Shown here in pieces: positions 36,349 to 64,000 of a stretch of 64,000 bases of DNA. The DNA is from Amoebidium appalachense (lineage: Eukaryota; Protista; Ichthyosporea): assembly GCA_963693365.1 (NCBI GenBank), contig CAVNZM010000001.1, positions 9,192,907-9,256,906 on the forward strand, read 5' to 3'. Each line of letters opens with the position of its first letter. The first letter of the stretch is position 1. The translations under genes were made by a program, and so were the position numbers. The notes under the pieces were generated by a model that saw only the letters and a program-made list of their open reading frames with translations, was not told where the DNA came from and made no database searches.

Positions 36349-37840
36349 ACTCTGTCTCTCTCCCCCCTCTCTCTCCCCCCCCCTCCCTCCCCCCCTCAGT
36401 CCCCTCCCCCCTTCTCCTCCATCTCCCTCTCTCTTCTCTCTCTCTCTCTCTCTTGCTCCCTCACTTTCTTTCCCCTCCGTCCTTCCTTACCCCCCTCCCA
36501 GAGAGACACACACTCTCTCAGAATGATTCGACTCTCTCAGGATATCTCTGTGCTGTGTGATCGTGTACAAGGGTTCATCTACATCAGCATTTTCTCCTTA
36601 CCCCGTATAAATATCACAATAGGCCATCCTGAACCCAACGGAGGACAGCAATTTATATTATGTCTAGCATATATGTAGCTGAAGTTCGACAACTTGTTAG
36701 TACAATGGCGTGCACGCGTACATTATACACAATGCATAAGTAGAAAGTGCACTTGCACGTGGCAGCAGAACGGTTCGCAACGTTTTTATGCAAGTCTCTA
36801 GTCATGATCGCCGAGGTGAATCATGACATAGTATCGTGCTTGCGTAACAGAGCACAGCAGATTTTGTGCTTCGAACAGCCACGGTATTCTGCTATCTCGA
36901 GAGCTCTACTATGTATGTGTTTCGAACGAGCGCCCACTGCAGTGAAGGTGATCAGATATCAAAAACTGCACGCTGTCAGGCTGGCTGTCTGAATCATCAG
37001 CGAAGGAGGCTCACTATGCTTTGCATATGTAGTCTGCACGGTGTGCAACCTGGTCCATGTGTATGTTGTGTGAACGTGCGTGTGACACATTGCGTTCGTG
37101 TGCGTGTGCGTGTGTGTGTACGTGCGTGTGCACGTGCGTGCGCACGACGTCACGTGTGTGTGATAGTGTGTGTGTGCATGTGTGTGTGTGTGCGTGTGTG
37201 TGCGTGTGTGTGTGTGTGTGTGTGTCACGGTGTTCAGGGCCGTGGCACTCTACATGTGTGCCACGGTGAGAGTGCACGTCGTTTTCGCACATGTGTGTGT
37301 GTGTTGGGTGTGTGTGTGTGTTCAGGGCCATGGCACTCTGTACATATGTGTATGAGAGTGCACGTGATGACACGTGACTGTGCGTATCATGATATGTGTG
37401 TGCGTGTGTTGGCCCGGCCGGCCGGGTGTTGCAATTGTGTGTCAGTGTTCGTGTGTGTGTGTATTTCACATTGAATGTGTGCATCGGGTGCACATGCATG
37501 ACATTGTGTGCCATGCAAACGGTTGGATGCGTGTGTGTGTGTGTGTGTGTGTCTGTGTGTGTGTGTGTGTGTGTGTATTTGTGTGTGTGTGTGTGTGTGT
37601 GTGTGCACGTGTAACCTCGTATACTTGTGTGTGTATACGTACATGTGTGTGTGTGTGTGTATGTGTGTGCCACGGTGTGTGCACATGTGTAAACGTGTGT
37701 GTGTGTGTGTCGATCACGGTGTGTGTGTGTGTGTGCGAGTTTGCGTGTGTGTATTGTGTGTGTGTGTGTGTGCACATGTGTGTGTGTGTGTGTGCGTGTG
37801 TGCGTGTGTGTGTGTGTGTGCGTGTGTGCGTGTGTGCGTG

Positions 37841-37931
<91 letters not shown>

Positions 37932-38624
37932 ATTGATGGCGCCGTGCTTTTGTGACATGTTCTTGTGCACGTGTTTGTTGCTGCTTCAGCCTACGCGTAT
38001 CTGTGCACGAGGGCCCTCGACCGGTCGGAGTGACAATGCTTGGGTTCCGCGGGATTCTGGAAGGAATGCTACCGATAAAAATGGGATACCACCGATGTCG
38101 TTGAAAGCAGATGAATGCTTCTGCGTTACCCACCAGCAATTAGCTTAAAAACATGCCGATGAAATAATGAGATAACAATACATTAAGTTCCTAACGTTAT
38201 ATATAAGCAAAAATCGCGCTAATTATTTACATTCATGTTTCTGAATATCTTGCTAAATTCTTTCTGATGAACACTCTCCGATCACATTCCATGATTCAAA
38301 ATAAAACAACACTATTGGACATGTAGTGTTTAGATCGTGCATTCCATTGTGATTTCCACAAATTGATACCGATGATTCTAGACCGCGGCCGCCTCCATGA
38401 TTTCTAATCCTGCGTCTCACATCTTTGCAGGGTATAAATGGAATCCGCAAACTGAAAAACGCCAGATAAGTTTACTTCAAAACAGCTCTTCACCACTTAC
38501 TAGTAACTGTGTCGAAAAAAAGACTGCATTGCTTCCAGTATATACAGTTTCACGCAGGTGTTTCTAAGGCCGCAAAAAACACAACACACGTTCTTGTGAG
38601 CATACAACCTTGAAGCCTGCAAAA

Positions 38625-38852
38625 ATGAAGTTCACATACGCCATCATCGCCACCACCTTCGCCCTTTTCGCCTGCGTCGAAGGCGCCCCGGCCGACATCG
38701 GGGCCGGCACGGAGCCATGGGTGCTGTGCAGTAGCTACACGATATGCAAGCAGTACAAGCAGGACCCTAAGACCGGTGGGGTTGCGCGCTGCCACAATGG
38801 AGGAAAGGATGAACCCCTGTGTAGCCAGAGTTTCTGCTGCAAGGAAGCATAA
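38625..38852 (+). CDS. Small secreted cysteine-rich peptide, intronless, 75 aa
   Basis: AAAAATG start context; MKFTYAIIATTFALFACVEG signal peptide with a likely VEG|AP cleavage; mature region has 6 Cys (C-x5-C-x14-C-x9-C-x4-CC); GC3-rich codons in AT-richer flanks; TATA-like TATATA at ~38539. Confidence 0.8.
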   Translation: MKFTYAIIATTFALFACVEGAPADIGAGTEPWVLCSSYTICKQYKQDPKTGGVARCHNGGKDEPLCSQSFCCKEA

Positions 38853-39784
38853 CTGAAGGTGGACGACACACATGTGCACATGTGCACGTGCATGCTACAT
38901 GTGGACGAATATATGCATGGTTATACGTATTATAGCTATAGGAATGCAACTACAGAAATGTATAAGATATTGAGTATTGTTGAATGATACGCGTGCACGC
39001 CGAACACATGTGTCAGAAGTTCGTTTGCAACATGTCAACATATGTGCATGCTTGTTTGTGCCCGCCGTATGCCAATACATACAGTTGTGCGAATATGAGT
39101 TTTGGACTCTTATTACGTAGGTTACTACGCCTGCATCATGGCATGAGTGCTGTTTCCGTTGCCAATGGGCTACTATTTGCACCAGGTCCTGCACACGTTA
39201 ATTAAACACTGTCAATAATAATGACGGGCTGTGTGACTCGCATGCTTTTGTATTTCAGAAATCCTTGTAAGAGTACGGGGGCAGGCTTGGGGCCGACAAA
39301 TGTGTCGCGTCTTTGGAATTGCATTAAATGGGGCCCGGGGGGGGGGGGGGGGGGGGGGGGGAAGAGGGAGATGGGAGAAGAGGGGGGGGGAGGGGGGGAG
39401 GGCTCCGAGGGGGGGGGGGAGACTGAACCCGTCTAACACACATAGCGGAACATGCTTCACCGACATTAATTTCTTTTATGAGATCAAGTATTTAAATGTA
39501 TGGTTTGAGTTAGCACTTAATTTTTTTTCTTTGGGCCTGAATCGCTGAATTTAGCTAGGCCCTGAGGGGGATCTAGTTAGGTGGGGTATTGCTGTGGGGT
39601 TGCGGGTGGTAGAATTCAGGTTGTATTCTACGCTGTGTATCCTCGTGGCTGATGCTGTGGTTTGCCGGTGTGTATGGTGTGGGCTGTACTCGATTTCACT
39701 ATTTGTGTGTCTACACCTTTGGGCAACCCCAGCACTCGTTTGTTTGGCCGGGGGAAGTGCGGAACTGGGGGAGAGGGGCAGGAG

Positions 39785-39817
<33 letters not shown>

Positions 39818-40091
39818 GGGGTGGTAGTGGTGGTGGTGGTGTGGGGGGGGTTCGATTGCTAAGTCCTAAGAATACCGTGACGGCATATAAGCACACATAA
39901 ACACGGCCACAAACACAAACGTAAGAGAAAGCACGCCGCGTGCACACACACACGGACGTGCACGCGTGCACGCACGCATGCATGCACCCACGCACGCGCA
40001 CACACACACACACACACATTGACACACACATACACACACGCGCGCGTGCGCGTCACACACACATGTTACACACACACACACACATATATTG

Positions 40092-40143
<52 letters not shown>

Positions 40144-40257
40144 GAACACAGGGACACACACACGGAAAACAAAACACAAAACACGCTCACACATACACAC
40201 ACACGCGCGCACACACCCACACACACACACATAGGGAAACAAACATGCACACACACA

Positions 40258-40388
<131 letters not shown>

Positions 40389-40389
40389 C

Positions 40390-40478
<89 letters not shown>

Positions 40479-41013
40479 CATCACACAGACACTCAAACAC
40501 ACACCGGCACAGTACACAGATATACACACTATCACCAGAAAGAGCATACACACACACTCCAGTACATATACCGGGATGCATCCAAACACACTCTCTCTTT
40601 CTCTGCCTTTGTGCACACACACGGATTTTGAAAGTTTTTTGTTTCTTTGGGAAACCAAGCAAATACCTGTGTTCGCTCAACAGCCATGGGGAAGCCAAAG
40701 ATATACAGTTTTCTGGGAAATGCCTTTCCTTACTTCTTGCACGTGGACATCACAAAGTTCTTGCCCCCCCCTCCCCCCCCCCCCCCCCCCCCCACCAACC
40801 CCCTTCTCTTCTGCCAGACAGTCTGCCCACCATCCGAAAAAGGCCTCCACCTTGTTCTTGCCACACCTCCTTGCATTCTCATTTCGCTTCCAATTTGAAA
40901 AACAATTGGTGCTTGATTCATCTAACTTAAAGTGAGTTTGCTGAACCTGTAACCCTACAACCCATTAAGCCGGAGTTAAAGAAAACAGTGCAACACAGAG
41001 AAGCCCAGTAACT

Positions 41014-41074
<61 letters not shown>

Positions 41075-41345
41075 GAATGGTAAAGAACATTGCCATTCAA
41101 AGTTCCCGTGACGTAGAAGCGTTTATTTGGAAAATACTATGAGGCTCCACACACCATGTTTCTGGTTGGGAGGGGGGGGGGGGGGGGGGGGGGGGAGGGG
41201 GAGGGGGAAAGGGGGAGGAAAAGGAGAGGGAGGAGCTGGGGGAGTGGTTAACGAAGGTTTTGGCAGGGGGAAGGGAGGGGTCAGTGACCCCGCACAGGAA
41301 GGATGGTGCGCATGTGTGTGTCTGTGTGTGTGTTTGTGTGTGTTT

Positions 41346-41382
<37 letters not shown>

Positions 41383-41498
41383 GTTGGGGGTGGGGAAGCG
41401 GGGAGGGAGGAAGGGGGAGGGTGGCTCCACTGGGGATATCGGGATATGATAGCGATGAATCAAAGACGTGCTTCTTAATTTCTACTACGTATCCCCCC

Positions 41499-41535
<37 letters not shown>

Positions 41536-42799
41536 TTTATGTTGCGAGCGGATGTCCTGAAGAGTTGGGGGCGTGAGAGGCGGTTAGAGAAAGGAGGAGA
41601 GGAGAGGGAGGGAGGGAGAGAGCGCGGCGGGGGGGGGGGGGAGGGAGGGGGGGGGGGGGAGAGAGAGAAAGGGGGGATAGGGGGAGAAGAGAAAGAGATA
41701 GAAAGGTACTGTTGTGTGTAGAGAGAAACAGAGGTGTGTGTGCCACGTGTGTGTGTAGATATGTGTGTGTGTGACTGCAGATCTCTCAGAGTGTGTGTTT
41801 GTGTATGTTGTGTGTGTGCAATGTATGTGTGTGAGTGTTTTTGTGTGTCACAGTGTTTTGTATGTGTGCTTGACTGTGTGTGTTTGACTGTGTGTGTGTG
41901 TGTGTGTGTGCGCGCGCGCGCGTGCACGACACTGTACATGGGTGTGTATGATCACGGTGTGTGTGTATTGTGTATTAAGAATGCGGAAGAATTATGAAAT
42001 ATGTGTGCCACTTTCACGCGGCACGACAGCATGTCTGCATCATACACAATTGCCCTTTGTTTTGCCAAACTGAAGTGGTCGAACAATAATCAAAGCTTAC
42101 ACAATGTGCAGTTTACCACCAAACATCTGTGATTGACTGCGGTTATTTTATTTCAACATTGGATGACAACATGATGATGTTGGCTGGAGGAGCACCAGGC
42201 AGCCTCGATTGAGATCAATTTCCGGTGTTTTTGCCGGGAAAAAACCGTTAGTGAAGTGTGTGGAAATAATCACTTCAGTGACCTTTTCTAGTGCATAGCA
42301 AGTATTCTCGGGGAAAATATATGTATTTATAATACGTATGGTGTCCTATCGACAACGCATGACACTATCAACACACACCTTAGAGCTATTGAGGGTGGAC
42401 CGTACGAGGTTAGGCGCAACAAACTGATTAACTGTTCCGTCACGGAGATGAGTCTTCAGCTGCAGTGCTAAAACAATTTCTGGTATGTTTCGACCCCAAA
42501 TGTTTATAATTATTGTGACACAGGCACTTTGGTTACCTTGACAACCATATGATATCGATAACGGGGGAAAAAAGTAATTAAAAAATATTATAAAAATAAT
42601 GCCTGGGACAAACGATCGCCGACCCCCCCCCCCCCCCCCCGTGTTTTACCCAGGGGAAAAACAAACACGAAGGCCCAAGATAAACAGCATCACCACATTG
42701 GCTTTCCATCCTCGTAGCAAATGTGGAAACAGAAACAAAAGCACCCATGAAATTGCTCTCCCAATCATCAGAGTCTACTTTATAACTTAACTTTTGCTT

Positions 42800-42967
42800 T
42801 TACGAGTCTACAATGAGGGGTTTGCTCACAATCTCATAGACAAGGCGTTCTCTGGAGAGGGGCATGTGCTGCTGGGAGAAGGTGAAGGGGACCCAGCGGC
42901 TGGCGTGCTCGGCAAACTTGCACAAGAACATACCACAGTCGGAGCCATTGTCCTGCTGCGGTATGTC
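42800..42967 (-). pseudogene. Orphan C-terminal exon of a Ulp1/SENP (peptidase C48) SUMO protease
   Basis: CACAG acceptor then DIPQQDNGSDCGMFLCKFAEHASRWVPFTFSQQHMPLSRERLVYEIVSKPLIVDS*, matching SENP1-type IPQQMNGSDCGMFACKYA...FTQQHMPYFRKRMVWEI. No His/Asp-bearing upstream exons were found before the next gene's stop at 44016. Confidence 0.75.
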
Positions 42968-42983
42968 CTGTGTGTGTATGTGT

Positions 42984-43021
<38 letters not shown>

Positions 43022-44015
43022 CTGTGTGTGTGTGTGCGCGCGTACCCGTGGCTGCGAACACGTGCACGTGCATATGTGATTCGCAAGATAGCTCTCACCA
43101 TGCCCGCCTGTGTATTCGCTAGTTATAGCACGTCCATTTTATACCTCTTTATTTAATCGCCATAAAATATATACACGAACCCCCTGTTAGCGCCCCGTAT
43201 CTCATCGGAAAAAACATTCGCGACGTCATGGCATTCAAATTGAACGGTCAGTGTCATGTATTTGTCACCTAAGACGTACAAGACACCAATGCTCGCGAAA
43301 TATAATATTTACAAATACAAAAAGTATTTAGAAAAACAAAAGAAACAGTAAGGAATGATGCATGCTTATCCAGGCACCAGGCTAAAGGGATTATAATAGT
43401 ATTCGCGCGTGACCAAGAATCAATATCTTTAGGCCATTCACAACACTGCCAAATTCAACCCACAATCACGTGCATAGCACAAACACAAAAGAAGTGTGCA
43501 CACACACACACACACAGGTGCAAAAGCACACACACACACGCGCACACACACATGTCCCGCGCGCACACACATACTAATTTAGAAGACCTCTATGTACATA
43601 CACAACCGTACACGTGTCATGCATTTTGCCTCACACTTCTACATCGGAATACGCAGCACAACAACAACAAAAAAAAGGTGAGAAGAGCTGTATAGCCTAA
43701 CCACGTTAGATGGTACAGTCTTCGAGCCCAAGTCTATCGCAATACATCCAACAGTTTAGACAACACATCTGTCGACAAGTTGTGTGCATTTGTGGGAGGT
43801 GGTGTGGGTTTTCAGGTGTCAGCTTGTACATGCAAAGGGTATATGTGAGCCTGGTGTGAAAAACCTCTTTTTACACCACCTTACTCCTAAAATTTCTATA
43901 TACATTTGTGCTTCCCCCCCCCCCCCCCCCCCCCAAAGGAAAAGGAAAAAAGAAAAAAAGCCATCACACCCACCCAACCACCCAACCACATGCACAAAAA
44001 AATAAAATTCACAGC

Positions 44016-63510
<19,495 letters not shown>

Positions 63511-64000
63511 CTTCCTCAAAAACCAAGCCTTCAGCAGAGCTGGGCTGAAAATTGCTTTCAAAGGATCAGCTATTTTCTTGTCGTAATACACGTTTTCGTA
63601 ACGTGCTTTTCACACGAGTGCCCCACCGAGGTGCCACCCAAGTGGTTTGGAACACGTTTCAAATTAACAGAAAACCGCTGCTAAAAGGCTGGTGTCTTTG
63701 TAACGTCTTGAAGGGTCTCTTTTAGCAAGACTTACTTAAAAGCTATGCAATTATTATTATTTTCCATTGCAGACTTACTTTCGAACTACACCTCAGCCCA
63801 CTACACACCCGTTTCAAGTGTGAGCCAGGAAAAGAGTATCACGCCTGCCAAGCACCAGTTAGTTACACGCCAAGGTGAGTGCCCGGAAACTCAAGTCAGA
63901 AACCGTGCCAACCCTTCTGGTGTCCTCAGGTGTTCGTGCTTACGAAAAACAACTCTCCGCCTACGCTATGCAACATATTCCCTCTGCCTCCGCTATGATA

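Overview
Eukaryotic genomic DNA with 0.2-2.6 kb introns filled with poly-C/poly-G runs and CA/GT, CT and GCAC microsatellites. The six-frame ORF track is almost all repeat noise. Manual GT-AG exon chaining recovers five intron-containing genes: Got1/GOLT1 (+), a divergent CDK7-like kinase (+), a mitochondrial YqeY/AIM41-like protein (+), a MATE transporter (-) and a ~719-aa bHLH-PAS-PAS transcription factor (-). There is also an intronless secreted 6-Cys peptide and an orphan Ulp1/SENP C-terminal exon. The gene set suggests a holozoan, possibly unicellular (inference only). The most striking non-coding signal is a dispersed intronic repeat family of about 20 copies in two subfamilies. Recognisable copies lie in the sense orientation of the host gene, share a 3' end (GCATTCAA-poly-C) and have variable 5' truncations. 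One locus is a near-identical 3.8 x 453-bp head-to-tail multimer. The unit folds by eye into a G-U-rich rod with a covarying pseudoknotted core, which suggests a retroposed circular RNA (retrozyme- or retroviroid-like) targeting poly-C tracts. A pre-miRNA-like hairpin sits in an intron of the bHLH-PAS gene. All gene models and folds were made by eye; no searches or folding programs were run.
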